DNA of 64,000 nt from an uncultured Gammaproteobacteria bacterium (GTDB lineage Bacteria; Patescibacteriota; Patescibacteriia; Magasanikbacterales; GCA-002688135): assembly GCA_964536205.1 (NCBI GenBank), contig CAZHVT010000005.1, positions 24,076 to 88,075 of the forward strand, in the 5' to 3' direction. The notes under the pieces were generated by a model. That model was not told the DNA's origin. It did no database searches and saw nothing but the letters and a program-made list of their open reading frames with translations. Positions 48,647-58,401 of the stretch are shown here, piece after piece. The position numbers were made by a program, and so were the translations under genes. Position 1 is the stretch's first letter; each line of letters opens with the position of its first letter.

Positions 48647-51600
48647 CTAGTAGGAAACTGATCTACCAGTCAACGGCATTCCTCTAACCTCTGTGAGGGT
48701 GAGGGCTGCTCCGTCTGACCAAAGCACTGGATTCATTTCTTCTCCATCGATTCCAGTTACCGCACTCGTTTGGATTCCGACACTCAAAGTATCGTTTGCT
48801 CCAATTGATGAGTCATTGGTGTCCAATGTTACGTAAACGTAACGTGAGCTACCAGCTGAAACTGTGATATCCGTCATGTTTGCCGCGTCAATAGCGGTGT
48901 CAGAATATCCAGCGTTAGCTGATCCCAGCGCGTACGTTGTTGTAGCGAGCTGGTTTGAAGTATCAATCCTGTCTTTGTAGATCTTCAATGCACGAGTTCC
49001 AGCAAGTGAGATACCTGATGAGTTAACATCGAGGTTGATTCCCTTAACTGTAGCTTCGTACCCACCTACGTTTGCAGTATTAGATATCTTCAAGATAGCC
49101 AATGTTTGCTCTGATGATTTGGTTACGGTTCCTGATGGTGAGACCTTACCAGCGTCGTCTGAGTAGGCGATGCTAATCTTTGTTCTCAATGCATCCATTA
49201 CGTTACCAACCAAAGCTGTTTGAGTTGCTCCTGTTGCAACACCGATAACAAGACCGGATGTAGCAGTAGCATTTGTGGTTGAGATAGCAAAACCAGATCC
49301 CAATCCAATTGCATCGACGTAATCATCTTGTGCTGCAGTTGTTAAGTCTGCATCAGAAGTGAAGATCGTTGCTCTATGAGTTGAGGATGCTGATTCATTC
49401 TCTAGCCACGGTGTCAAGTCAGCTTTCAATGTCAAGACAGTTGTTGAACCCTTAGCCAATTTGAATCCACCTGCAGCAAGGCCGGTCAAGTCAAATGAAG
49501 CTACTGGAACTGTTGATGTCTTAGAATCATCCATAGCGTCAACTGATCCCAACAATGTTGAACCATTGTAAAGTTTCAAGTTACGCATTGTACCAGTTGA
49601 GCTGAAAGGAACTGCAGTGTTAATTGAGATCACGTCCGCAACTACGAACTTTTTGATCAAAATGTCTTCTGCGTTTGATTCTTCAGCCAACTTGAACTTC
49701 GCAAATGTTTGATCAGTTGCACCCAAAACAAGTTGATCGTCTTGTGGTGTATCACCGTCAATTGTTACACGAAGTGATCCATTTGTTGCAATGTTCAAAC
49801 GTTGCAATTTAGGATCTGTTGATGTGTCAGATGTTGTTGTACTTGTTTCTACACCTGTAGCAACGACAGAGTCAACGAGGATTGCTCCATCTGTATCGTC
49901 GTCGTTCAAGTTAGATGTTGCAACACCTGCTGATGACAAGATGTCAACATATACATCAACTACATACGTTTCACCGACACCAAGCGTTACGTTTGGTGAG
50001 AGGTTAAATGTGTATGTTGTTGAATCTGTGTCTGTCAATGACAATGGTGATGAATGCAACATTGTATCACCATGTTTGATTGAAAGATTATCGAAGTAGT
50101 CTTTCAATGTAACACCATCTGATGTTGTATCCACATCATCCTTCAACACAATTTGTGAGATGGTTGATGCTTCTGCTCCACCAGTAATGATGAATGAACC
50201 TGCACGGACGTTACTTGAACCAAGCACACCCAATGGACGTGATGATGTGTAGTTAGCCAATGTTGGGTTCTTTCGAACACTTACAGCTCCTGATTTCACG
50301 GTCAATGTTCGACCAGAAATTGAAGTTGTTGAAAGTGCTGTCAATGAGACAGTACCGTTAGCATTTGATGAACCAGCTGCCAATGTCACAGATACTGTGT
50401 CAGCGGAAGCGATGGTTGAATCAGTCAAATCACCGTGAACTTCTACAACGCCAGATGCACCTTCTTGAATTGTGAAGGAGTTTCCGAAGCTGAAGTCTGT
50501 TCCTGATGGAGATGATGCGTCACAAGTCAATGTGCTCAATGTTGAGCCGATTTGTGAACCATCAAATGAAATCTTAACGTTCTTCAAGATGTTTGTTGCT
50601 GCATTTCCTGAACATGAAATGTCCAAGTTCTTCACCTTCACAGGCTCACCTGAAGCTTTGAAGTTGTACTTCGCGAGCAATACGTTTGTTGCTCCGTCAG
50701 GGATGTTTCCTGTTGGGGAATCAGTTGCGATGGTTTGTGTCAACGTTCCAGTATTAATGGTTGTTGCACCACCAGCTTGTGTAACTGCAAATGCAGAGTT
50801 GTCATCTTGTGCAGGAACTGTGTAGACGTTGTAGTTCAAGTCTTTAACGATAACGTCTGTTTGCTCCTGGATACCGAATCGAATGGTACGGTTAGTTCCA
50901 CCCTTGATGTCGGCACGTACTGTCAACTGACGTTGTTGTCCAGAAGTGATTTTGAAACCACCGTCGTCTGAACCAGTCAAGTCAAATGTAGCTGTACCGT
51001 TATCGAGTGTTCCCAATGTGTTACCCAACTGTGTTGAGCCTTGGTACCACAATTCGATGTTTTGTAGGTCATCGTCGTCTGTTGAACCCACGTTAGTTAC
51101 GGTGATGTATTCCACCAACATATCTTGTGAGTTTGCGTCGAGTCGGAATGTCCATAGGTCGTAGTCATCTTGTGGGTCGATCGTGTCTGCTGCTGCCGGT
51201 AATACGTTAGCAATATCCAAGAACGCCAAATCTGATACGACTGCTACTGTGTGGTTTGAACCACTTACTGAACCTGATACAGAATCAGCACTAGATGTAA
51301 CGTCGGCTGCTGCCAAGCTCCATCCGATTGTGATTCCTGCTGATGCGTCTTTGTTTACATCAACTTTCAAATCCAAGTTTGTTGTTCCGCCTGCAGGGAC
51401 TGTGAACAATCCACCTGATTTGGTGAATGTTGCAACACCCTTAGACACTGATTGTACTTGAGCTACGATGTCCATTCCGTTGTAGAGGTACATGTCGTCA
51501 AGGTCACTGTCTGAAGCGATACCACTTCTTCGCAATACGAGTGTGTCAATTGAAACAGCGTCTGATCCAGCTGAAAAGCTCAATCCGAGAACATCTGCTC

Positions 51601-52342
51601 GTTGTCCACCTGCATTGTTACCAGTGTCTGTTACCAAAGTCATCGCACCTGGGTTTGATGATGATGGTCCCACACTCAAGCTTCCGCCTGCTGGTGTTGG
51701 TGTTGGAGCTGGTGGCGTGTTTGAATCGTCAAGACCGAGGTCTAAAGCGATTGAAGTTGCCGCAGCTTCAACTGCTGCTGGATTGAAGTCTGAAGATGAA
51801 GCAATATCACCTGAAGCTTCTGATCCTTTATAGTTGACGAAGAAACCATCTGGAACGTCGTCAATCATTGTGTTCCATGCTGAACCATAGAGTTCTACTG
51901 CAGCAGCTTCTGAAGTCACGTGACGGAGTTGTCCGCCAGCGTCAACAGCATATGTTGCAGGATCACTGGTGATTTTCACCATGCGAGCACCTGGTTTAGC
52001 TGTAACGTTAGCACCAATTTTGAATGATGCAATTTCTGCGTTTGTGACAGTTTTTACCAAACCGCCATTGTCTACTCCCTCGAGCTGGTCCATTGTGTAC
52101 CATGTCAAGAAAGTTTTTTGTGTTGGGAAGACGTACTTCTTGTTGCCGTGGTAGTAATATACTGTTGGCAATGATCCTTTGATAAGATCACCATCAGTTA
52201 CTACAGCTGCTTGAGCTGTCAAAGGTGCTACAAATGCTGCAAGTCCTACGGACCATGTAACAGTTGCTACAACAGTAACCCATGCAAATGCACGTTTACC
52301 CAATCGAATAACATCGATCATATAGAATATCTTTCTTTGCAA
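48647..52342 (-). CDS. Large secreted Ser/Thr-rich S-layer-like surface protein
   Basis: Signal peptide (TAQA/A); CPR-type N-terminal domain GDLIKG...YVFP...TWY...LYGSAW; Pro linker; repeated beta modules; strongly biased codon usage suggesting high expression. Start may be 52321. Confidence 0.7.
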   Translation of the reverse strand: MQRKIFYMIDVIRLGKRAFAWVTVVATVTWSVGLAAFVAPLTAQAAVVTDGDLIKGSLPTVYYYHGNKKYVFPTQKTFLTWYTMDQLEGVDNGGLVKTVTNAEIASFKIGANVTAKPGARMVKITSDPATYAVDAGGQLRHVTSEAAAVELYGSAWNTMIDDVPDGFFVNYKGSEASGDIASSSDFNPAAVEAAATSIALDLGLDDSNTPPAPTPTPAGGSLSVGPSSSNPGAMTLVTDTGNNAGGQRADVLGLSFSAGSDAVSIDTLVLRRSGIASDSDLDDMYLYNGMDIVAQVQSVSKGVATFTKSGGLFTVPAGGTTNLDLKVDVNKDASAGITIGWSLAAADVTSSADSVSGSVSGSNHTVAVVSDLAFLDIANVLPAAADTIDPQDDYDLWTFRLDANSQDMLVEYITVTNVGSTDDDDLQNIELWYQGSTQLGNTLGTLDNGTATFDLTGSDDGGFKITSGQQRQLTVRADIKGGTNRTIRFGIQEQTDVIVKDLNYNVYTVPAQDDNSAFAVTQAGGATTINTGTLTQTIATDSPTGNIPDGATNVLLAKYNFKASGEPVKVKNLDISCSGNAATNILKNVKISFDGSQIGSTLSTLTCDASSPSGTDFSFGNSFTIQEGASGVVEVHGDLTDSTIASADTVSVTLAAGSSNANGTVSLTALSTTSISGRTLTVKSGAVSVRKNPTLANYTSSRPLGVLGSSNVRAGSFIITGGAEASTISQIVLKDDVDTTSDGVTLKDYFDNLSIKHGDTMLHSSPLSLTDTDSTTYTFNLSPNVTLGVGETYVVDVYVDILSSAGVATSNLNDDDTDGAILVDSVVATGVETSTTTSDTSTDPKLQRLNIATNGSLRVTIDGDTPQDDQLVLGATDQTFAKFKLAEESNAEDILIKKFVVADVISINTAVPFSSTGTMRNLKLYNGSTLLGSVDAMDDSKTSTVPVASFDLTGLAAGGFKLAKGSTTVLTLKADLTPWLENESASSTHRATIFTSDADLTTAAQDDYVDAIGLGSGFAISTTNATATSGLVIGVATGATQTALVGNVMDALRTKISIAYSDDAGKVSPSGTVTKSSEQTLAILKISNTANVGGYEATVKGINLDVNSSGISLAGTRALKIYKDRIDTSNQLATTTYALGSANAGYSDTAIDAANMTDITVSAGSSRYVYVTLDTNDSSIGANDTLSVGIQTSAVTGIDGEEMNPVLWSDGAALTLTEVRGMPLTGRSVSY

Positions 52343-52367
52343 TGTTGACTATATATCCCCTTCTTAT

Positions 52368-52699
52368 TCGTGCAATCCCGAGTTAATACGGGACACGATT
52401 GAGTTTTTAGGCTCTTGTGTGCCCGTATTCGCTACGGGACACACGATAAGGATGCATAATCACATTGTGTTTATTTAATAGTCGTTTTATTTCGAGCGTT
52501 TTGCGCGCTCCCGACCTTTGCAAAAATAGAACTATACGAGACCGTTACAAAACCATGAGCACACACATATCCGGCTATTTTTTCCTCATATGCAGCTCAA
52601 AACTCCGCAATGATATACGCACATCATTTTGTTGTTTTTCGCGCATCTGAGAAAAAAATCTCTCGAATCTGTGATGCACCATAGTTTTGTAACGATCTC
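52368..52699 (-). promoter_or_regulatory. Structured leader region of the S-layer-like gene (long rod hairpin + two related hairpins)
   Basis: Inverted repeat 52538-52557/52680-52699 with nested pairing; hairpins 52368-52398 and 52415-52446. Confidence 0.6.
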
Positions 52700-52818
52700 T
52701 TCCTCTCCCCCTTTGAGTCATAATGACTCATATTGTGCGTGAACTTGATCTTCACTCCACAAATCATTGTATGCTGAGGAGATGTAAGGCTCCACGAGAG
52801 CCTCTCATCTCACCATCA

Positions 52819-54099
52819 TTATTCTGTTGTTGTTTCTTCAACTCCTTCAATCTCTGCTTCCACTTCAACCTCCGGTTCATCTTCAACAATGACATCAGCC
52901 TCAACGAGCCCCTCTGATTCTGCACTAACATTTTCGGTATCAATTTCAATAATTTTTTCTGTGTTCGTTGTGTTTTCAGCATCAAGAATGACTGTTTCTG
53001 ATAATTCTTCTGTTTCTTCCATAGCCACCTGAGATTCGTCTTGTAACTTTGCAGCTGTTTTTTGTGCTTCGTTAACAACCGTTTTAACTTCTTTAACTTT
53101 TTCTATAGCTTCTTCAAACGCCTCGCTGTCTACTGATTCTGCTGCCTCTTTCACAACCTCTAAAGCCTCTTCTGCTTGCACTTGTGCGTTTTGTAATTCT
53201 TTTTCTTCTACCAGTAGTTTTGGTGTGTTTGTGCTGGCAACTGCATCGAGAATCAGGAGCACCTCATCAATTTCTGAAGTTGCGTCTTTTAATTTATCCT
53301 CAAGGGTATTTTTGATTTCTGTATCAACTACTTCGTTTTCACTATTATCCTCTTCTGTTTCTGTTCGTGTGTGTACGATTGTTTCAACCGCACTCACTGC
53401 TACTTCATCAATCAATTCCTTTGCTTCATTAATTTCTGGAATTTCAACTGCGAGTTCTGCTGTTTTTTCTAATACTCTTCCGATCTCTTCACTCTTTACA
53501 TCGACTGCTCGTGCTGCCTCTCGAACAATTACCGGCTCTTCACTTTCTGCTAATTCAACCAATTCGTCACTTGCTGTTTGAATTTCAGTTTCTAATCTTT
53601 CGATTGTTTTTTTAATGTTTTCCTTTACTTCTTCCTCTTCCACATCTGTTACTGCTGGTTGTGCTTTTAGTTTTACTACTTCATCTGCGCGGCGTGCTGC
53701 AAATTCTGTTCGTAAAGCGATTTTTGTACTTTTATCTGATGTAAAAGCGAGTTGTACTTTTTCTGAAATGATTTTGACACTATATAAAGCATCGCCTGAT
53801 ACACTTAGGCGCGCTGCGTTTACTGTTGAAATCCAACTTCCAAATGGGATGATAACAGCAAGTGCGATCACAAAAACTGGGCGCATGGCAAGTGCCCATC
53901 TGTTTTGTGGCGAGAACCATCTTTTTTTGTATGACTCAACGGTACGTGCCAGTTGTTTTTCAACTACTGGCGCTGGCATAGTGTTTTTAACCTGCATCAT
54001 TAGCAGTGCTTTGTTTTTTGCCAACCACGCAGAATCAGCCGCACCTGCTTGCGGTTTATTTTTGAGTTCTTTAAGTTGTTCTTCTAGTCTGTCAGACAT
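52819..54099 (-). CDS. DUF5667-like membrane protein, putative anti-sigma factor
   Basis: One TM, then A..S..GDALYSVK..SEKVQLAF...A.RR.DE; acidic coiled coil; immediately downstream of the ECF sigma gene. Confidence 0.7.
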   Translation of the reverse strand: MSDRLEEQLKELKNKPQAGAADSAWLAKNKALLMMQVKNTMPAPVVEKQLARTVESYKKRWFSPQNRWALAMRPVFVIALAVIIPFGSWISTVNAARLSVSGDALYSVKIISEKVQLAFTSDKSTKIALRTEFAARRADEVVKLKAQPAVTDVEEEEVKENIKKTIERLETEIQTASDELVELAESEEPVIVREAARAVDVKSEEIGRVLEKTAELAVEIPEINEAKELIDEVAVSAVETIVHTRTETEEDNSENEVVDTEIKNTLEDKLKDATSEIDEVLLILDAVASTNTPKLLVEEKELQNAQVQAEEALEVVKEAAESVDSEAFEEAIEKVKEVKTVVNEAQKTAAKLQDESQVAMEETEELSETVILDAENTTNTEKIIEIDTENVSAESEGLVEADVIVEDEPEVEVEAEIEGVEETTTE

Positions 54100-54101
54100 G
54101 T

Positions 54102-54656
54102 TTATGAGGTCTCCTTTTCATTTCTTCCCAAATGTTTTTTGAGTGTTTTGACCGCGCGATGCATTGTTACGCGGACTGTCACTTGTGATTTATTCAAAAT
54201 CTGTCCAATTTCTTTGTAACTCATTTGATCCATGAAGCGGAAAATTATGAGTTCTCGATATTCATCCTTGAGTGAACGTACTGCTTTGAGCACGACAGTG
54301 AGTTCTTGATTGTTTGCAATGCGATCTATATGTGCCGATACCATGATTGCATCTGGATCGATTGCTTCTATTGATGTGTTTTGTCGCTTAGCTCGATAAA
54401 AGTCCACTACGAGGTTTCGTGCTATTCTATATAGGAACGCACGGAAGTTCAGGACACCGTCCTTTTTTTCCCGAATTGCGGCCCATGCTTTTAAAAAAAC
54501 CTCTGAAGTGAGATCTTGTGCATCCACCCTTGAACCGACCTTAAAATAAATAAAGCGGTATATGGGTTCTGCGAAGCGATCGTAAAGTTCAGAAAAGGCT
54601 TCGGGGTCGTTATCAAACTGAAGTTTCAAGACGAGTTGTTTGTTGTTGCCTTTCAC
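54102..54656 (-). CDS. ECF sigma-70 factor
   Basis: AFSELY, DAQDLTSEVFLKAW, FLYRIARN...D..R, region 4 SYKEIGQIL.KS..TVRV..HRA. Confidence 0.95.
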   Translation of the reverse strand: MKGNNKQLVLKLQFDNDPEAFSELYDRFAEPIYRFIYFKVGSRVDAQDLTSEVFLKAWAAIREKKDGVLNFRAFLYRIARNLVVDFYRAKRQNTSIEAIDPDAIMVSAHIDRIANNQELTVVLKAVRSLKDEYRELIIFRFMDQMSYKEIGQILNKSQVTVRVTMHRAVKTLKKHLGRNEKETS

Positions 54657-54663
54657 AAAAGAA

Positions 54664-54689
54664 GACGTAATAATTAGAGAAGTGTTACA
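54664..54689 (-). promoter_or_regulatory. Putative autoregulatory ECF promoter, leaderless
   Basis: TGTAAC-16 nt-CGTC, 7 nt before the GTG start. Confidence 0.75.
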
Positions 54690-54753
54690 CCTACTATTAA
54701 GATGACTTATTTTAGTAGATTTTCCTGGCTGATACTGCTATGAAATGAGCTAC

Positions 54754-54782
54754 ATCATAGAATGTTGTGTAGCAAAAGTCAA
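54754..54782 (-). promoter_or_regulatory. sigma70 promoter toward the ECF sigma gene
   Basis: TTGACT-17 nt-TATGAT. Confidence 0.6.
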
Positions 54783-54840
54783 TGTGATATCATATTTATG
54801 TCCAGACTAGTCTAGACAATTGTCTTATATAGGCATTTTT

Positions 54841-55158
54841 ATGTATATATCCCATAAAAACAACTCTTCCCTGCCCCTTTCGATTTCAGAGACTGCACGT
54901 CTTTTTGGGCTCTCTGAAAAGACTATTCGACGAGCTATTAAATCTCATGAGCTTCCTGTTATGATTGTGAAGGGTCGTTATCGCATTCAATTTAAAGATG
55001 TTTTGGCTTGGTCACAAGAGCGACCTCGATTGTCAAAAGCTCGTGATACGAAAGGTATTGGACAGTTTATTGTAGGTTGGCGTTCTGCTGAAGCCGAAAC
55101 TATCGACGAAAGTGCGCCACAACCTCAACCGGGCGGGCAGCTTCGTCTGATTGATTAA
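54841..55158 (+). CDS. Excisionase-like HTH (HTH_17/MerR-like) DNA-binding protein
   Basis: LSISETARLFGLSEKTIRRAIK..EL...GRYRI. Confidence 0.8.
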   Translation: MYISHKNNSSLPLSISETARLFGLSEKTIRRAIKSHELPVMIVKGRYRIQFKDVLAWSQERPRLSKARDTKGIGQFIVGWRSAEAETIDESAPQPQPGGQLRLID

Positions 55159-55159
55159 T

Positions 55160-56806
55160 ATGATTTCTCCTATTAGGAATTTTTTCGAAAACCATTTTCA
55201 GAGCAGATATAAAAAGCTCTACAAGCGCGCTCGAGCTCTGTTTGTGTTTGATATGGTTTTGTTGGCGATGATCGGCGCTGTTCTGATTGGAACTGTTTTG
55301 TTTTTTATTTTTCGCGAACCTCCTTCGCTTTTAGTCATTACGTCTCAATCATCCACTTCTGAGATCCGAGCGGGTGAGCCAGTTACTATTATCGCAACAC
55401 TCTCAAATCCGAGTGAGGTTGCGTTGACTGCTATTGAAATTTCACTGCAACCTCCTGATGAGATTGTTGTTTCGCATGAGACTGGACAAGCTATCACAGT
55501 TGCGGATCTTGAGGCTGGAGCGTCCATTGATATTCCACTTCGTGTTACTTTTTGGGGAGAGGTTGATACAACACTTCGCTTACCACTTCGCTCTAGCGCG
55601 AGAACCCCAGAGCACGAGATTGATATTGCACACGGTGTGATTATCCGAACTATTGAACAACCTGCTGTAACGATTTCCTTTAACAATATTCCAACATTAT
55701 ATGAAGGTCAGTTTTTCGCTCCTGAAATTACCTTAACCCAAAAAATAGAACGGGGCATTTCTGATCTGCGAATTAGAGTTGAGCGATTTGACGGACTTTT
55801 ACATTCTCCATATTTTTCAGAGGATGGTGTGCTTCCAGTCTTTGAACCGGACACTGATTTACTATTGAATTCCACACAAGAGAAAATTGTGTCTGATCAT
55901 GTTAATTTGGAATATGTTGTTGAATATCAAATTTCTGGTGAAGTTACTGCTGTGCTTACTCGTGGCATATTGAGTGAAGAGGTGCAACAACTTGATGTGT
56001 CATTTTCTACTTCTGTTAATACTGCTGACCGTATTATTAGTGAGGCGGCGCGTGTTCCTGTTTCTGTGGTTGTGCAGAATAATATTCCCGATGTATTAGA
56101 ATTTGTTGGTTTTAATTTTAGTTCGCCCTCTGCTTGTGTTCGGTTTGAAAATCGTATGCGAAATCCGGACTCATCTCGTATTCCTTTGTTGGATTTTGCT
56201 TCACGCGGATCGATTACTCCTGGTGAATTTCGTGGGGATTTGTGGTTGAGTATGCGTGTCGTGTGTGAGCCTGCTGGTGGTAATATTACCATTAATCCAA
56301 CCATGTCATTTTCAATTGGTGATTCAAATCATCATATAGAATTAGGTGCAGAATCATTTGCGCTTACCGCAAAAGGTACATCTTCTCTTCAAGCGCAATC
56401 AAGATATTTTACGGAAGATGGAGATCAGTTGGGGCGTGGCCCTCTTCCTCCTGAAGCTGGAAAAACAACCAAAGTTTGGGTATTTGTAGAAATGGGAAAT
56501 CGACTTGGTACACTTCTCAAACCGGAATTTTCTGCGGAACTTGCTGATTATGTACATTGGACAGGACGATCAAATGTCACAGCTGGTAAAGCCATTAACT
56601 TTAATTCTCAAAAAAATCTGGTATCATGGAAGCATGATGAAATTCGACATGGAGAGCGTGCCACATTAGGTTTTGAATTATCAATTACACCTCCGGAAGA
56701 TGGACTGTATAAACTTCTTACACACATCTCGCTTTCTGGTCGTGATAGAGCAACTGGAGAGGCTATCTCGTTATCCGTACCAACCGTAGTTACACCACAT
56801 GAATAA
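55160..56806 (+). CDS. Membrane-anchored beta-rich (DUF11/Ig-like) hypothetical protein
   Basis: N-terminal TM, beta modules, RYFT.DGDQLGRGPLPP.AG.TT motif seen in CPR proteins (recalled, unverified). Confidence 0.6.
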   Translation: MISPIRNFFENHFQSRYKKLYKRARALFVFDMVLLAMIGAVLIGTVLFFIFREPPSLLVITSQSSTSEIRAGEPVTIIATLSNPSEVALTAIEISLQPPDEIVVSHETGQAITVADLEAGASIDIPLRVTFWGEVDTTLRLPLRSSARTPEHEIDIAHGVIIRTIEQPAVTISFNNIPTLYEGQFFAPEITLTQKIERGISDLRIRVERFDGLLHSPYFSEDGVLPVFEPDTDLLLNSTQEKIVSDHVNLEYVVEYQISGEVTAVLTRGILSEEVQQLDVSFSTSVNTADRIISEAARVPVSVVVQNNIPDVLEFVGFNFSSPSACVRFENRMRNPDSSRIPLLDFASRGSITPGEFRGDLWLSMRVVCEPAGGNITINPTMSFSIGDSNHHIELGAESFALTAKGTSSLQAQSRYFTEDGDQLGRGPLPPEAGKTTKVWVFVEMGNRLGTLLKPEFSAELADYVHWTGRSNVTAGKAINFNSQKNLVSWKHDEIRHGERATLGFELSITPPEDGLYKLLTHISLSGRDRATGEAISLSVPTVVTPHE

Positions 56807-56820
56807 TTAATTCGTTCTAT

Positions 56821-57357
56821 ATGCACCCATACATCCATGATATTGATCTCAATGCTGAAGGAAAATTATCTGAAGATCAATTAGACAAACTAAAAAAGAT
56901 CACAAAAGCGCGCGGATTTGTTGGTTGGTTGCTCGTGGTGTGTTTCGCTTTTTTGGGAGGTCTTAGTATCATCCCACTTCTTGGCAATATGTTTGAGGGT
57001 CGCATGTTGATCTTCATGTGGGTTGCGGAGGTATTATATATTATTGGCTTCCTTTACGGCATTAAGATTATTGCAGAGCAAAAAAAGAATGCAAAAATGC
57101 TGGGTAAGCCAAAAGTTCGCAAGGTTGTAGGCAAACCTACGAAAGTTGGCGCGGCTGTTGCAATTCCACATGTCCCTGTTATGGGAGGTATGATGTTAAT
57201 TACACATCTGAAAGCTGGAACCATTAAACTTGAGGGAAAGAAATATGGATCACTCAATGGCATTTACCCCGTTGTAGAAGACGGTGAACTCGCAGAATTC
57301 CATGTCGTCGATTTTGGGTTTGATACCATAAAAGGCGTTGTCGTGAACTATCTCTAA
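56821..57357 (+). CDS. Hypothetical 2-TM membrane protein
   Basis: 178-aa ORF with two hydrophobic segments; followed by a terminator. Confidence 0.65.
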   Translation: MHPYIHDIDLNAEGKLSEDQLDKLKKITKARGFVGWLLVVCFAFLGGLSIIPLLGNMFEGRMLIFMWVAEVLYIIGFLYGIKIIAEQKKNAKMLGKPKVRKVVGKPTKVGAAVAIPHVPVMGGMMLITHLKAGTIKLEGKKYGSLNGIYPVVEDGELAEFHVVDFGFDTIKGVVVNYL

Positions 57358-57395
57358 AAATCAAAGTCTGAATTCGAACTCCGACTTTGATTTTT
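57356..57395 (+). terminator. Intrinsic terminator
   Basis: AAAAATCAAAGTC-loop-GACTTTGATTTTT. Confidence 0.7.
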
Positions 57396-57400
57396 GTTTT

Positions 57401-57429
57401 TTGACGTGATGCGTCTTTTTTTGTATCCT
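57401..57429 (+). promoter_or_regulatory. sigma70 promoter of the pyr operon
   Basis: TTGACG-17 nt-TATCCT; AAGGAG SD before ATG 57459. Confidence 0.65.
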
Positions 57430-57458
57430 CATTCTCTGTTCTTTACAAAGGAGCTGAC

Positions 57459-58400
57459 ATGGAACTTCGAGGGGTTGATTTTGGGCATGTGCTGGGTGCT
57501 TCCGGTGTCGAGGGTTTTTTTGGCGAGGGGTATTGGTATCACAAGTATGCTCGTCCTTTTGGGATGAATTTTGATGGCATGACTTTTGTGTCGAAAACGA
57601 CCACATTACATGCGCGCGCTGGAAATACATCTGGAAATGAAAGATTTCCGAACTGTATTGTAGTAAAACCACTGAAATCGATTGCTCTGAATTCTATGGG
57701 ATTGCCGGGACCTGGCGCTGGTGTACTCTTGCGCACAGATGGTTGGCAGCGCCGAACGAAACCATTTTTGATTTCGTTTATGTCTATTGAAAAGACTCCG
57801 GAAAATCGGATTGGTGAATTTACGCAGTTTTGTCGATTACTTGTTGAGCATCGGATTCGATTTCGCGCGTCGTTTGGTTTGCAGATCAATGTGTCCTGTC
57901 CGAATGCCGGGCTTGATACGACTCATCTTATTGATGAGGTGAAGGAATATGTGCGGATTGCAAATCAGCATCTTGATATTCCTATCATGATTAAAATCAA
58001 TGCGCTTGTTCTTGTGGCCGCGGCCAAACAAATGAGTTTCATTGATGGCTGTGATTCGATTTGTGTTTCTAACACAATTCCATGGGGCAAGCTTCCGGAA
58101 AAAATCGATTGGAAGGGATTGTTTGGAACCGATGAATCCCCACTCAAACATTTGGGTGGAGGCGGTTTATCTGGTGCGCCGCTGTTGCCGATTGTCGAAC
58201 AATGGGTACGCGAGGCGCGAATGTCCGACATTTCCATTCCGATCAATGCAGGTGGTGGGATTTTGTCCCCCGCTGATGCAGAGCGACTTATTGACGCTGG
58301 CGCAGATTCGGTGTTTATCGGATCAATGGCGTTTTTACGTCCATGGCGTGTGGCGAAGACAATCAGACACATCAACAAACTCATGGAAAGGAGAGCGTAA
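57459..58400 (+). CDS. pyrD: Dihydroorotate dehydrogenase (family 1-like)
   Basis: SKTTT, NSMGLPGPG, INVSCPN (catalytic Cys), SNT, GGLSG, GGGI. Confidence 0.85.
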   Translation: MELRGVDFGHVLGASGVEGFFGEGYWYHKYARPFGMNFDGMTFVSKTTTLHARAGNTSGNERFPNCIVVKPLKSIALNSMGLPGPGAGVLLRTDGWQRRTKPFLISFMSIEKTPENRIGEFTQFCRLLVEHRIRFRASFGLQINVSCPNAGLDTTHLIDEVKEYVRIANQHLDIPIMIKINALVLVAAAKQMSFIDGCDSICVSNTIPWGKLPEKIDWKGLFGTDESPLKHLGGGGLSGAPLLPIVEQWVREARMSDISIPINAGGGILSPADAERLIDAGADSVFIGSMAFLRPWRVAKTIRHINKLMERRA

Positions 58401-58401
58401 C

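Noticed and set aside
52538-52699. Invertible promoter switch upstream of the S-layer-like gene
   Set aside because: Pairing continues through the whole interior, the arm mismatches are strand-specific G-U pairs, and no recombinase is nearby; RNA structure fits better, though inversion is not excluded.
54820-55158. Excisionase as evidence of a prophage or ICE
   Set aside because: No integrase, att-linked tRNA or phage genes in the window.
58042-58401. 120-aa N-terminal extension of PyrC from the ORF track
   Set aside because: Overlaps pyrD in another frame; homology and an SD point to GTG at 58402.
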